Source: Octopus vulgaris
Lineage: Eukaryota
NCBI GenBank assembly: GCA_951406725.2
Contig: OX597838.1
Location: forward strand, 32,984,001-33,048,000
Length of the DNA stretch: 64,000 nt
Direction: 5' to 3'
In this document: positions 28,635-43,639 of the stretch, in pieces
Position numbering within the stretch: the first letter of the stretch is position 1
Layout of the letters: the number at the start of each line of letters is the position of its first letter
Notes under the pieces: model-generated
The model's database searches: none
Seen by the model: the letters and a program-made list of their open reading frames with translations, nothing else
What the model was told of the DNA's origin: nothing
Made by a program: the position numbers and the translations under genes

Positions 28635-29395
28635 TGTATGTATGTATGTATGTATGTATGTGTGTATGTGAGTATGTATGTATGTATGTATGTAAACATA
28701 AACGCCAAATTTGGTTCTGTCCTGCCATCTGTTTCAAGTAAAAATTTGTCTGCTAAGTGGAAGAGGAATCATAAAATGGAGATTCGACATCTTTATGTGT
28801 GTTAATGCGATTTTTAACAAGAATACAAAGTAACAGATTGGCGGGCGGTGTGCGTGTGGGGTATAGTCAACCTCAATACACAACTGGTACTTGAATATGT
28901 GAAACCCAGTCGTATTTCTATTCAAAATATAACCCATGTTAAAGTGAATCGTTAGCATGCCGGACAAAATGCTTTGTGGCATTTCGTTCGTCTTTACGTT
29001 CTGTGTTCAAATTCTGCTGAGGTCGACTTTGCCTTTTAGATGAAAGGTGTCGGTAAAAGTAGTACCAGTTAAGAACTGGGGTCAAAGTAATCGACTTATG
29101 CCCTCCGCCGAAATTGCTGGCCTTGTGCCAAAGTTTGAAATCATTGTACAGAATGTTCGTCTCCAAGAATTTCTTTCAGTCATATTGCTGCTTGCCATTG
29201 CCAATTTCACGCCATTCATTCCCTCCAACTGTGTATATGCACACACACACACACACACACACACACGTATATAGTACATGTGTATGTGTGTATATGACTC
29301 AAGGCTGAAACACATAAAAGAATAAAAGTATATATATACATACATATATATATATATACATACATATATATATATACATACATATATATATATAT

Positions 29396-29450
<55 letters not shown>

Positions 29451-29458
<8 letters not shown>

Positions 29459-29660
29459 AATATGTTACATTACTCGGTAGTCAAGATAATAGCCAGATAA
29501 CCGAAGAGATGGTGTTGTGGATTTCCACTTCGGCATCTGAAACTCAGAGTTTTATCTTGACTACCGAGTAATGTAACATATTATTGTATAGATAAATTTC
29601 CTCTATTTACATAATATTGAGGTCTCTTTCTTTCTTTTGTTATCTTACCGTTTTATCAAT
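29451..29660 (+). mobile_element. Fold-back insert: perfect 39-bp inverted arms around an HHR motif, plus unique tail, in (TA)n
   Basis: Arms at 29451-29489 and 29552-29590; tail to about 29660. Confidence 0.8.
29495..29557 (+). ncRNA. Type I hammerhead-like motif (U4C)
   Basis: AGATAA-CCGAAGA-GATG...GTGGA(TT)TCCAC...CATC-T-GAAA-CTCAGAG-TT-TTATCT; related degenerate copy at 43579-43639. Confidence 0.65.
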
Positions 29661-30485
29661 ATATATATATATATATATAATAACAAATTAATAAATAAAA
29701 CATATGCATATATACATACATATATGTACGTACCTACATCTATATGTATATATACATGCATATATGGGTACAGGACACCAAAAACAAAACGTCGAATACA
29801 ATGAGAAACGAAGACATAAACACAAAACCAAGGAAATGGATATTTTTCTTAAACAACGAAAAAATAGAGTACAGGACATACAACACAAGGAAAATTCCCC
29901 TTCTTCAGTCGCCATGGTTTCATCTACTCTGCGTTTCGAAGGTGAAGGCGATACGCATCTTCGATAGAAACTTTCCTTCCCGTGAAAAGCAAATTAAATA
30001 AAATTTGAGATCTTTTTGCGGAGGGGTAAAAATGGTAACAAAAACAGGACAGTAACGACAGTACAAAATATAAACAGTAAAAGACAGGACAAGGAGAATA
30101 ACAAGACAAGAAGGGCAGTTAAGCCGAACGAGATAAAGTGTTACGAACGCTATTTTTGAGAACGGCGAAGGAGCAACAGAAAATGCCGTCAACACTTCAA
30201 GGAAGCCAGGTCAGAAAGACAGTAGCAGGGCTCTGGTCGCGGGTCAACGACGGGTGGGAGGAGGAGGAGCAAGAGAAAGGGAGAGAAAAAAGGGAATGGT
30301 TGTGAGGAAACCAGAAAGAATGAAGAATGAGAGAGAGGGGGGAGAGACAGTAAGGTAGAAGAAAAGGAAACCAGAAAGAATGAAGGCTGAGAGGGGAGAG
30401 AAAGGTCAAGAGTGCGCATCATTATTAATATCAAGAACAATCTTACTTAGAAATGGATGCGTGCGTTCCGTCATATAATAAATTA

Positions 30486-30605
<120 letters not shown>

Positions 30606-30711
30606 CTTCCACGCTGCAATTGTTTTCGTTTCAGCACACGATCTCAGATCAAGTCACTTGCTATGCAAGTACATCCCCCTTTTTTATTCTCTCTGTTTAT
30701 TTCCTGGTGTT

Positions 30712-30749
30712 CCTTTCTGTTGAAGAGCGTAGGGTCGAAATGTAAAAGA
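30712..30749 (+). ncRNA. Minimal hammerhead-like motif, A6U variant (family P1)
   Basis: CTTT-CTGTTGA-A-GAGC(GTAG)GGTC-GAAA-TG-TA-AAAG. Confidence 0.55.
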
Positions 30750-31509
30750 CTTTCCCACCTTTCCGAGCATCAAACTAATACACCTGATTGTTGTTTACAC
30801 ACCTATCTTCGTCTTTTGTTTATCTGTAAATTTTAACTATATTTTTTGTTTTGTTTTTCCAGTTTCAGCTCTTGAGCTGTGGCCATGCTGGGGCACCGCC
30901 ATTGTGGTGAAAGAGTACAGCAGGGATCACCACCCCCTACCGGAGCCTCGTAGAGCTTTTAGATGTTTTCGCTCAATAAACACACACAACGCCCGGTCTG
31001 AGAATCGAAACCGCGATCCTGCGACCGCGAGTCCGCTGCCCTAACCACTAGGCCATATATATATATATATATCACGTGATCACGTGATGGACCAGCCTAT
31101 AGGATGTTGTTATACATCGCTGGCCACAATGCTCTGGCTAGGCGAACAGGCGAATAGGCGAACAATTCCTCTGGTTGAAAAGCTAGTCTGTCGAAGGGTT
31201 ATACATTTATAGCTGAGCAAATATACCTCACTGTATCGTTCAAACTACAGGGTGTCGTTATACACCACTGGTCACAAGCTAGGCCACCATTCCACCCACC
31301 TTCCAACCGGGAACGGGACACTAGTCCGTGGCAGTGCTACTGTTATAATGTGGATCCTCGTCCACTTGTATGTTTTTTGTCGGCACTATGATATTCTTGT
31401 CGCCACTATTATGTTGTGGCGGTACTCCGTGTCTTATTATCTTTGACTCGTCTATCGTAAGACATTGATTTTGAAACGCCTACCTTGACGATTACCCGAA
31501 ATCCTATAT

Positions 31510-31715
31510 ATCTATTTCTTTATTACCCATAAGGGGCTAAACACAGAGCGGACAAACAAGGACAGACATAGGTATTAAGTCGATTACATCGACCCCAGTG
31601 CGTAACTGGTACTTAATTTATCGACCCCAAAAGGATGAAAGGCAAAGTCGACCTCGGCGGAATTTGAACTCAGAACGTAACGGCAGACGAAATACAGCCA
31701 AGCATTTCGCCCGGC
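31510..31715 (-). mobile_element. SINE family A
   Basis: Similarity to other copies; another partial copy at 32160-32320. Confidence 0.85.
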
Positions 31716-32339
31716 TTATATATAACTCTTATATATCATGTAATTGACACTGACTCCAACTGAGAAACTCGTAGAACGACTGTACTGCTGACCGACTGAC
31801 TTCGACTTTATAGTGACTGGGCCATACCACGTTGTCGCGTGGAAAAGGGTGTACCATTTCACTATAACAGTTGCCAATTTTACCGCACATTGGACTGGAG
31901 CAACGTGAAATGAAGAGTTTTGCTCAAGAGCACAACACACCACTTGTATAGGACTCGAAACTACGATCTTGAGATCGTGAGTGCAACACTCTAACTGCTT
32001 GGCCACGCACCTTCACACACACACACACACACGCAATCTGGCACTAAGTCGGCTACGACGGCGAAGGTTTCAACTGTTCCAATCAACGGAACACTCTGCC
32101 CGTGAAATTAACTCACAGGTGGCGCCAGCAGACCGCCGGATTGTAGAAATTAACGCAATATGTATTTCTTTATTGCCCACAAGGGGCTAAACATAGAGGG
32201 AACAAACGAGGACAGACAAAGGGATTAAGTCGATTACATCGACCCCAGTGCGTAACAGGTACTTAATTTATCGACCCCCCGAAAGGATGAAAGGCAAAGT
32301 TGACCTCGGCGGAATTTGAGCGCCAAGCAGCGTTTAGGC

Positions 32340-32410
<71 letters not shown>

Positions 32411-32456
32411 ATCCACACACACACACACATGTATATAGATAGATAAAGATAGATAA

Positions 32457-32533
32457 GTTCGGCCTATGGGATTACCCTGAGTTTCATGTCCATAAAGAGC
32501 TTCGCTTTCTAGCGTATCATCAGACCCCGAACC
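32457..32533 (-). ncRNA. Type I hammerhead motif with canonical core and irregular stem II
   Basis: GTTCG-GGGT-CTGATGA-...-GAAA-CTCAGGG-TA-ATCCC-ataggc-CGAAC. Confidence 0.65.
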
Positions 32534-32539
32534 TGTTGG

Positions 32540-32610
<71 letters not shown>

Positions 32611-33005
32611 CGGGCGCTCTTTCTGCTTCCGTCTACCAAATCCACTCACAAGGATTTGTTCACTCCGAAGCTATAGTAGAAGACACTTGCCCAAGGTGCC
32701 ACTCAGTGAGACTGAACCCGGAACCATGTGGTTGCGAAGCAAGGTGCTTATCACACAGCCACGCCTTCATCTAAAAAAAATCTCGTGGCAGTCTTCAGAT
32801 CTTGAAATTTAATGTAATAAAAAAAATGGGGAAAAAATATCGGTGGGCGAGCACACATACATACTGACACACATAAAATTTTTCTTTTTCTTTTTCTTGC
32901 TTTTTTTTTTCTCCAAATTTGAAGTTTCATTTTGTAGATATCTGTCTGTGTGTCAGTATGTATATATGCCACACATCAGTTTTCTTTTGTTTTTGCATAC
33001 AATCG

Positions 33006-33178
33006 TAGGCGTAGGAGTGGCTGTGTGGTAAGTAGCTTGTTTACCAACCACATGGTTCTGGGTTCAGTCCCGCTGCGTGGCACCTTGGGCAAGTGTCTTC
33101 TACTATAGCCTCGGGCCGACCAAAGCCTTGTTTGTGGATTTGGTAGACGGAAACTGAAAGAAGCCCATCGTATATATG

Positions 33179-33248
<70 letters not shown>

Positions 33249-33378
33249 CTTGTTTGCCTGTGTTTGTCCCCCCAACATTGTCCCCCCAACATTTGTCCCC
33301 CCCAACTGTGTTTGTCCCCCCAAAATTTGAGTGGATTTGGTAGACGGAAACTGAAAGAAGCCCATCGTATATATGTAC

Positions 33379-33418
<40 letters not shown>

Positions 33419-33583
33419 TTATATGTTTGTGTGTTTACGTCACTGTAACTTAGTAGTTCGGCCAAAGCGACCGATAGAATAAGTACTAGGCTTACAAAAA
33501 GAACAAGTCCTGGGGTCGATTTGCTCGACTAAAGGCGGTGCTCCAGCATGGCCACAGTCAAATGACTGAAACAAGTAAAAGAG
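33006..33583 (+). mobile_element. SINE family B with internal duplication
   Basis: GTGGATTTGGTAGACGGAAACTGAAAGAAGCCCATCG block occurs twice. Confidence 0.85.
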
Positions 33584-33846
33584 TAGTCGTAACCTATACC
33601 ATCTGAAAATGTATTTCGTTGGAAAATACCCGTTTTCTGAAAATTACGAAGAAACAAAATGGGTGGGCGGCACACTTGTAAGATATTGGTGTAAAATTAA
33701 TATTCTGGGTGGTTGTTATTGCTGTTGTTGTGGTTGTTTTGTTGTTCTTGCTTTTGATAAAGAAAAAAAACAAGAAAAGCGACAACGATGTCGATATATC
33801 ATTGCTGTTGGACATCCTGTTATTTCGTATGAAACAAGTAGATGCG

Positions 33847-33907
<61 letters not shown>

Positions 33908-34013
33908 ATTTGTTTGTGTGTGTGTGTGCGTGTTGCGCGCCTGTTTGTGTGAGTGTGTGTGTGTTTGTGTGTGTGTGTGTGCATGTGTCTGTGTGTGTAT
34001 GCGTGTTGCGCGC

Positions 34014-34050
<37 letters not shown>

Positions 34051-34415
34051 GCATGTAGGAAAGCGTGTGCGTGCAGGAGAGTACAAACAAAATAAATACA
34101 TACATGCGTAAATACTCAACGCAGCCTTTCTATCATTCCAACATATATATACACACACACACATATGTACACATATCATACACACACTCACACATACACA
34201 CACTCACACATACACACACGCACGCACAAACAGTTACGATAAACACTAAGCACAAGTCGCAGTTTATATCATACGACATCACGTTATTGGAAGTAGAGAC
34301 TCTGGATGATGACAATCTAAATGGAACCCTAAACATGCCAACAGCAGTCATACATGTAACTGTATACACAGGAAATACCATATATACATGCCTCAAAAGA
34401 CACATATCTATATCT

Positions 34416-34488
<73 letters not shown>

Positions 34489-34491
34489 TGT

Positions 34492-36112
<1,621 letters not shown>

Positions 36113-36267
36113 AATAATGCACACACATACACACACATACACACAAACACACACACAAACACACACACACACACACACAGTTGAGATTTACAGAAAAACG
36201 AAAGACGAAGACAGGTGTATGAACCACAAGCAAATGTATTAGTTTGACGCTCGGGAAAGTGAGAAAA

Positions 36268-36305
36268 TATATTATGTTTCGAGCCTGCGCTCTTCAACAG
36301 AAAGG
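36268..36305 (-). ncRNA. Minimal hammerhead-like motif, A6U variant (family P1), partly decayed
   Basis: CTTT-CTGTTGA-A-GAGC(GCAG)GCTC-GAAA-CA-TA. Confidence 0.5.
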
Positions 36306-36559
36306 AATAAGAGAAAATAAACAGAGAGAGTATAAAAAACAAACTTGTGGATTTAGCGATCAATCATATATATGAGACAACATATATGCAATGGTCATTA
36401 CATATTTTCCCTTTAATTAAAGTAAATACTTTAATTTAATAAAGGAAAAATATGGAATAACCATTATTTATAATTTGTCTTATATATTACACTGTGTAAA
36501 ATCCAGTTTGGCTGGAGACCAACCAAGGATTTACAATATAGAATTGTGCAGCACGGAGT

Positions 36560-36610
36560 TTTGTCAGTGAACAGGTCGCGGTCTCGAAGCGACGAAAATA
36601 TTTTGGCAAA
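36560..36610 (+). ncRNA. Type I hammerhead-like motif with swapped G3-C8 core
   Basis: TTTGTCA-GTGAACA-G-GTCGC(GGTCTCGAA)GCGAC-GAAA-ATAT-TT-TGGCAAA; 7-bp stem I, 5-bp stem II, palindromic stem III. Confidence 0.7.
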
Positions 36611-36700
36611 TTAAGTTTAATGTTGAAGTGAATCTAACGGTTTTTGTGTGTTTCTTAAATGGCTTATAAACACCTTCCACGCTGCAATTATATATATATA

Positions 36701-36877
36701 CTAGCAGTATCGCCCGGCGTTGCTCGGGTTTGTAAGGGAAATAACTATATAAGCATTTTAGAGAGTTACTTCCCTTATATATGCAAAAAATGCATTAAAA
36801 TAGGAAAAATTGATGGTAATTTTTTTAAAAATCGTAGACTTATCGTAGACGCGCGCTAATACCCAGAAGGCACACAA

Positions 36878-36880
<3 letters not shown>
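36701..36880 (-). mobile_element. Non-autonomous Helitron, 3' part
   Basis: Same hairpin + CTAG terminus as 7997-8303. Confidence 0.75.
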
Positions 36881-36908
<28 letters not shown>

Positions 36909-36913
<5 letters not shown>

Positions 36914-37145
36914 AGGGATGACTACTAAGTGAACATCCATTATGCAAGATGGTCTGACTACTAAGAAAAGATTGTTCTCAAGAAAATTCAGTCCATATGG
37001 GGTCCACATCTAGCGTAATGGATGTCCACTTAGTAGTCATCCCTCTTATATGTATGTAATATAATTTTTCCGAGCCTTCAGATTTTTCTATATGCTAGAC
37101 CACTGGCTTTAAATTGGTATTAATCAAATTAATATTCAATTTTTC
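36909..37145 (+). mobile_element. Fold-back insert (about 43-bp arms) with unique tail, in (TA)n
   Basis: ATAAGAGGGATGACTACTAAGTG... / ...CACTTAGTAGTCATCCCTCTTAT; tail homologous to 48856-48960. Confidence 0.8.
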
Positions 37146-37160
37146 ATCTTTATTATTTTA

Positions 37161-37202
<42 letters not shown>

Positions 37203-37662
37203 GCCTGTTGATATGTCCTGTTATTTCCTTTCGTCCTGTTTTGTCCCTTTATGTTTTCCAATCATATTTATCAGCCCTTGTGGCCAATAAAAAGAATTAA
37301 TTATTATTATTATTGTTTTTTTGTATTCATATTCGTGTAACATCGTCCGTTTTTCTGTCCTTGTTTTTGTACACATTCGATCATTTTCCCGAGAAATCTA
37401 ATACTCTTAGCTTAGTTTTTCCTTGGGGCTGGCCAGATTGGAGCAATCTCAAGATTAATCAGCCGAAATTGCGAGGATGATCCGGTTCTTGATTGAAGAT
37501 TAAAGGCTTGGAATGACTCGTCTTGGAATGACTGTTTTTTGTATCGTCTATTTGGATGTTTTGCGTTCTTGTCCCAATTATATATATATATATATGTGTG
37601 TATATATATATATATATACACACATATATATATATATATATATTTATATATTTATATATATA

Positions 37663-37704
<42 letters not shown>

Positions 37705-37932
37705 AAGTTTATGTTAGTTAAAATAGGTTTGTGGCATGTTTCAACTTCTAAAGGCAAAAAGGCAAACTCACTGGAATTACCGTGAAGAAAAATATTCTCT
37801 CTTATGGTAAAAGGGCTGAAAACACCATATCTGCCCAATTTCGCCCCCCCCCATCCGGTCAGATTTTCAGACACAACGCTTCCAGCTCTTTAGGAATCCT
37901 CAATGGGAAAAACTAAAGAGAATGTATGTATG

Positions 37933-38051
<119 letters not shown>

Positions 38052-38217
38052 ATATATATGTATATATATATATACATATTTACAATGTATATATATATAT
38101 ACATATTTACACATGCACATGTAAGTTTATTTGCATACCCACCAATGCAATTAGCCACCTTAGTTTTATTATGCATTCAAAGACTTACACACACTGTCAC
38201 AATCGCGCGCGCGCGTT

Positions 38218-38248
<31 letters not shown>

Positions 38249-38380
38249 ACACACGATATGTGTAACATGGTCAAACTGCTTTACAATCACAGATTTCCTT
38301 TCATTCAAAATATATCAACATATTGGGTGCAGATGAACCAGATACTATTCTTCTTCTTCTTCTTCTTCTTCTTCTTCTTC

Positions 38381-39300
<920 letters not shown>

Positions 39301-39447
39301 ATTATTATTATTATTATTATTGAGTGAGAGAGCAGTTCATGCCATCAAAGTGACACTGGGGTAAAATATACGAAGCCCAATATACCCATCATGACTACCC
39401 GTCTGATAAGGGCACACCAGGCACATGCATCACAACCATATGTGCGC

Positions 39448-39520
<73 letters not shown>

Positions 39521-39726
39521 TTGCGTATGCGGTGGTTGGCAGCAGAACCTTTAAAGCGCAGATAGAATGTCTTGCAGTGTTTATTTGCGGTCCTTCATAT
39601 CCCGCGTTCGAATTTTGCCGGCGCCAAACTCTGCCTTCTTTAGTCCCAGAATCTTTAGAAAATATTGTACCAAATCTTTAAACTGTTGTGTTGGTGACGA
39701 AAAATAACAATGACGATGAAGACAAC

Positions 39727-39778
<52 letters not shown>

Positions 39779-41538
39779 GTTGTGTGATGACAATCATTAT
39801 TATCTTCATCATCATCACCACTTATTGTTGCTGGTCGTATTGTTCTTGTAGTTGTTGTTGTTATTCATGATGGCGATGACAGCTACGATTGTCATGATGA
39901 TGATGATGAGGAGGAGGATGAAGAGGCGGCGGTTGATGATGAAACAGGCGTGATGCTGATGCTGTTGGTGGTGATGATAATGATGATGATGATGATGATG
40001 ATGGTAATGGTAGTGGTGGTGATGATTATGATGATGATGATGATAATGGTGATGATGATGGTGATGATGACATTGTTGATGCAGACGAAAGATGTGCTTA
40101 TTTTTTCATTGCTTTCATCTGGTTGGTTGTCAAAGACTATTCAATCCACCCCACCCACCCTCTCTCGCCCTCTCTCTCTCTCTCCCTCTATCTCTCTCGC
40201 TCTCTCTCTCTCTCTCTCCCTCTTTCTCCCTGTCTCTCCCTGTCTGTTCCTCCGAATTCCTTACCCACGACATCTGCATATGATTTTAAATAAATAAATA
40301 AATAAATAAATGTATAGTACGAAAAACAACAACAACAATTACATCCCCCCAACCCCGTCTCCACCAAAATAACCCCACAACCACCACCACAAAACAGCAA
40401 CAGCGACAGCAATAACAACAACAACAACTCGAAAAGTTGCCACCGAACGAAATCGAGGCTCCTGGACGCCATCATGTCGAAACTATTAAAACGTGGTTTC
40501 AGATATTCAAACACGTTGCTTCTCTCTTTCTATGTCTTACACTTTCTCTCTCCCTCCCCCTCTCTGTCTCTGTCACTTGTTCTCTTCCTGTCTCTCTCTC
40601 TCTTTCTCTCTCCCACCGTCTTTGTCTGTCTATCTGTCTTCCTCTGTAACTGTTACGTTTTCTCTCTCTCTATTTCTGTCGGTGTCTCTCCGTCCTCAGT
40701 AAATCTAGGACAACACATGACTCTAGCTTGATATCATTGTTTTCATATGAATCTCTTTAATATGTATACCCTCTCTCTCTCTCTCTCTCTCATGTGTGTG
40801 TATATATATATATGTGTGTGTGTGTGTGTATACTCTCTCTCTTTCTCTCCTTCTTTCTCTACCCACTCAACAACCACCGTATTCTTCTAAGTCTCTCCTC
40901 CTCCTCCTCCTCCTCCTCCTCCTCCTGTCTCCTTATTTCTCTGTCAACCACCTTCACAGCTTCTCTTTCTCCCCCACCCACTATCAGTCTTCCGTACCCC
41001 CACCCCCACCTCACTCCGTTATGCCAATCTGCCCCCCTCTCTCTCTCTCTCTCTTTCGTTTTTTGTTGTTGTTGTTGTTGTTTTACAGGTCTGCCATATT
41101 TTTTTCTCTAAATAATATTTATCTTATCACTAACGCCATTTTTATTCTTGTCGTCTGGTTTTACGTAGGCTTGTGTATGTGTGGGTGTACGAGAGAACAT
41201 GCTTGTGTGTGTGTGTGTGTGTGGTTATATATTTTTTAATACTAATGCTAGTCGACACTGATGTATGCGCACACACACACTCGCACACACGCACACACAC
41301 GCACACACACACACACACACACAAGAGTAATATAACACGGGGATGGAGAATAGTCTGATATCCTCCATCTTTGTGATATTTCATTCTTGTATTAATCTTA
41401 TGCAAAGTGGAGTTCCACATGTGTATCCAACCTTGGAATGTATCCGATTCTAGGATAACATGTGGTAACCAAATAACAGCATGAGAGCCCTTAAATGCAC
41501 ATTATGAGGTTTTTATCCGAATTATACAATATATACAT

Positions 41539-41571
<33 letters not shown>

Positions 41572-41575
<4 letters not shown>

Positions 41576-41910
41576 GGTGCATGGCTCAGTTTTTAAGGCG
41601 TCAGGCTCACAATCATTATGTAGTGAGTTCGATTCCCGGACCGGGCTGTGTGTTTTGCTCTTGAGCAAGACACTTTATTTCACGTTGCTCCAGTTCACTC
41701 AGCTATACAAATGAGTTGCAATGTCACTGGTGCCAAGCTGTTTCGGCCCCTTTGCCTTTCCCTTGGATAACACCGGTGGCGTGGAGGAGCGAGGCTGGTA
41801 TGCATGGTCGACAACTGGTCTTCCATAAAAAACGTTCCCCGGACTTGTACCTTGGGGCGGGGTAACTTTCTAGATGCAACCCATGGTCATTCATGACTGA
41901 AGGGGATCCT
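41572..41910 (+). mobile_element. SINE family D, full length
   Basis: A/B boxes and shared body with 10020, 15610 and 59400. Confidence 0.85.
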
Positions 41911-41920
41911 TTATATGTAC

Positions 41921-41987
<67 letters not shown>

Positions 41988-42129
41988 ATTATAATTTAGG
42001 GTATCTAAGAGATACTAACACGCTGGAAATAGCAGTTAAAACTTGACTCTAAAACCACATTAAATGTTCATACAGCACCAGGAGAGAAGACAAAAAGACA
42101 AAATAAACTAGCAAAAGAATTCCTGGATA

Positions 42130-42188
42130 ATTCCAGATCCCGGATTTCTGACTTTGCCTAAGAAATGCTTTGCCTTCATCAGTGGAAT
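42130..42188 (-). ncRNA. Type I hammerhead motif with canonical core
   Basis: ATTCCA-CTGATGA-AGGC...GTCA-GAAA-TCCGGGA-TC-TGGAAT; perfect 6-bp stem I, AUC cleavage triplet, weak stem II. Confidence 0.7.
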
Positions 42189-42216
42189 ATACTCAAAATA
42201 GCACATAAATACATAC

Positions 42217-42254
<38 letters not shown>

Positions 42255-42272
42255 GTTAATAAAATATATGCA

Positions 42273-42383
<111 letters not shown>

Positions 42384-42919
42384 GAACCTACACCACTTTG
42401 TTTTTGCGACAAGTGTACTACTATTACACCAACGTACTCCCTCATATATATATATGTGTGTATATATGTGTGTATGTGTGTGTGTGTGTGTGTGTGTTTG
42501 TGCATATATGCACTATGTATGTATGTATGTATGTATGTATGGCTGTGAGCATAAATTACTGTATGCATCAGTCAGTGTATCCCTTTGAGAGTCTTTGTCT
42601 ATGTGTGTGTATGTGTGTGTGTGTGTGTGTGCGTGTTTTTGTGTAGATGTGTATTTGTGTATATTTTGTGGATCTGATCTTTATTTTTCTATCTCCATCG
42701 ACAGAAGACTTTCCTCAGTAAACTATTCCCCACAAATTAAATACAAGGATGCTTATTTATACAAAGGAAAGGAGGCGGGGAGGAGAAGGGAGGGGCTGAA
42801 GGGAGAGTGAAGAGGAAAGGAAGAGATGTAGAGTGGGGGGGGGGGAAGTCTCCTCTACGGATGGAAGGACGAAGACGAAGAGGAAGGAGGAAGGAAGAAC
42901 AATAAAAATGGTAGAGTGG

Positions 42920-43455
42920 AAGAGAGAGACAGATAGAGAGATAGAGAGAGATAGGGAGAGATGGATAGAGCGAATGAGATAGAGATAGAGATAGAGAGAG
43001 TGAGATAAAGAGAGTGAGAGATAGATTGAGAGAGAGATATAGGGAGATAGAGAGAGAGAGAGAGAGAGATAGGGAGAGATGGATACAGAGAATGAGATAG
43101 AGACAGAGATAGAGAGAGTGGGAGAGAGAGTGAGAGAGAGATAGGGAGAGAGAGATAGAGAGATAGGGAGAGATGGATAGAGAGAATGAGATAGAGACAG
43201 AGATAGAGAGTGAGATAAAGAGAGTGAGAGAGAGATAGAGAGAGAGAGATAGGGAGATAAAGATAGAGAGAGTGAGAAGAGATAGAGATGAAGAGAGATA
43301 GGGAGAGAGAGATAGAAAGAGATAGGGAGAGATGGATAGAGAGAATGAGATAGAGATAGAGATAGAGATAGAGAGAGTGAGATAAACAGAGTGAGAGAGA
43401 GATATAGAGAGAGAGATAGGGAGAGAGAGATAGAGAGAGAGATAGGGAGAGAGAG
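42920..43455. repeat. GA-rich compound minisatellite with recurring GATAGGGAGAGATGGATAGAG block
   Basis: Direct reading. Confidence 0.85.
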
Positions 43456-43519
43456 ACGAACAAAAATGCTATGAAAATGTCCGTTATTAAGATAAACAAG
43501 AGAGCTATTAGAATGACCG

Positions 43520-43556
<37 letters not shown>

Positions 43557-43578
43557 CTGACAATTATTCGGTTGGCAT

Positions 43579-43639
43579 AATAAAATTCCGAGTTTCGGAT
43601 GTCGGGGCGGAAATCTGCTCTGGCATCTTGTCAGTTATT
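43579..43639 (-). ncRNA. Degenerate hammerhead-like motif (same family as 29495)
   Basis: AATAA-CTGACAA-GATG...CATC-C-GAAA-CTCGGAA-TT-TTATT; uncompensated G8A suggests a dead copy. Confidence 0.5.

Noticed and set aside
40665-40705. Minus-strand CTGAGGA...GAAA
   Set aside because: No UH plus stem I partner; lies in a CT-rich tract, likely chance
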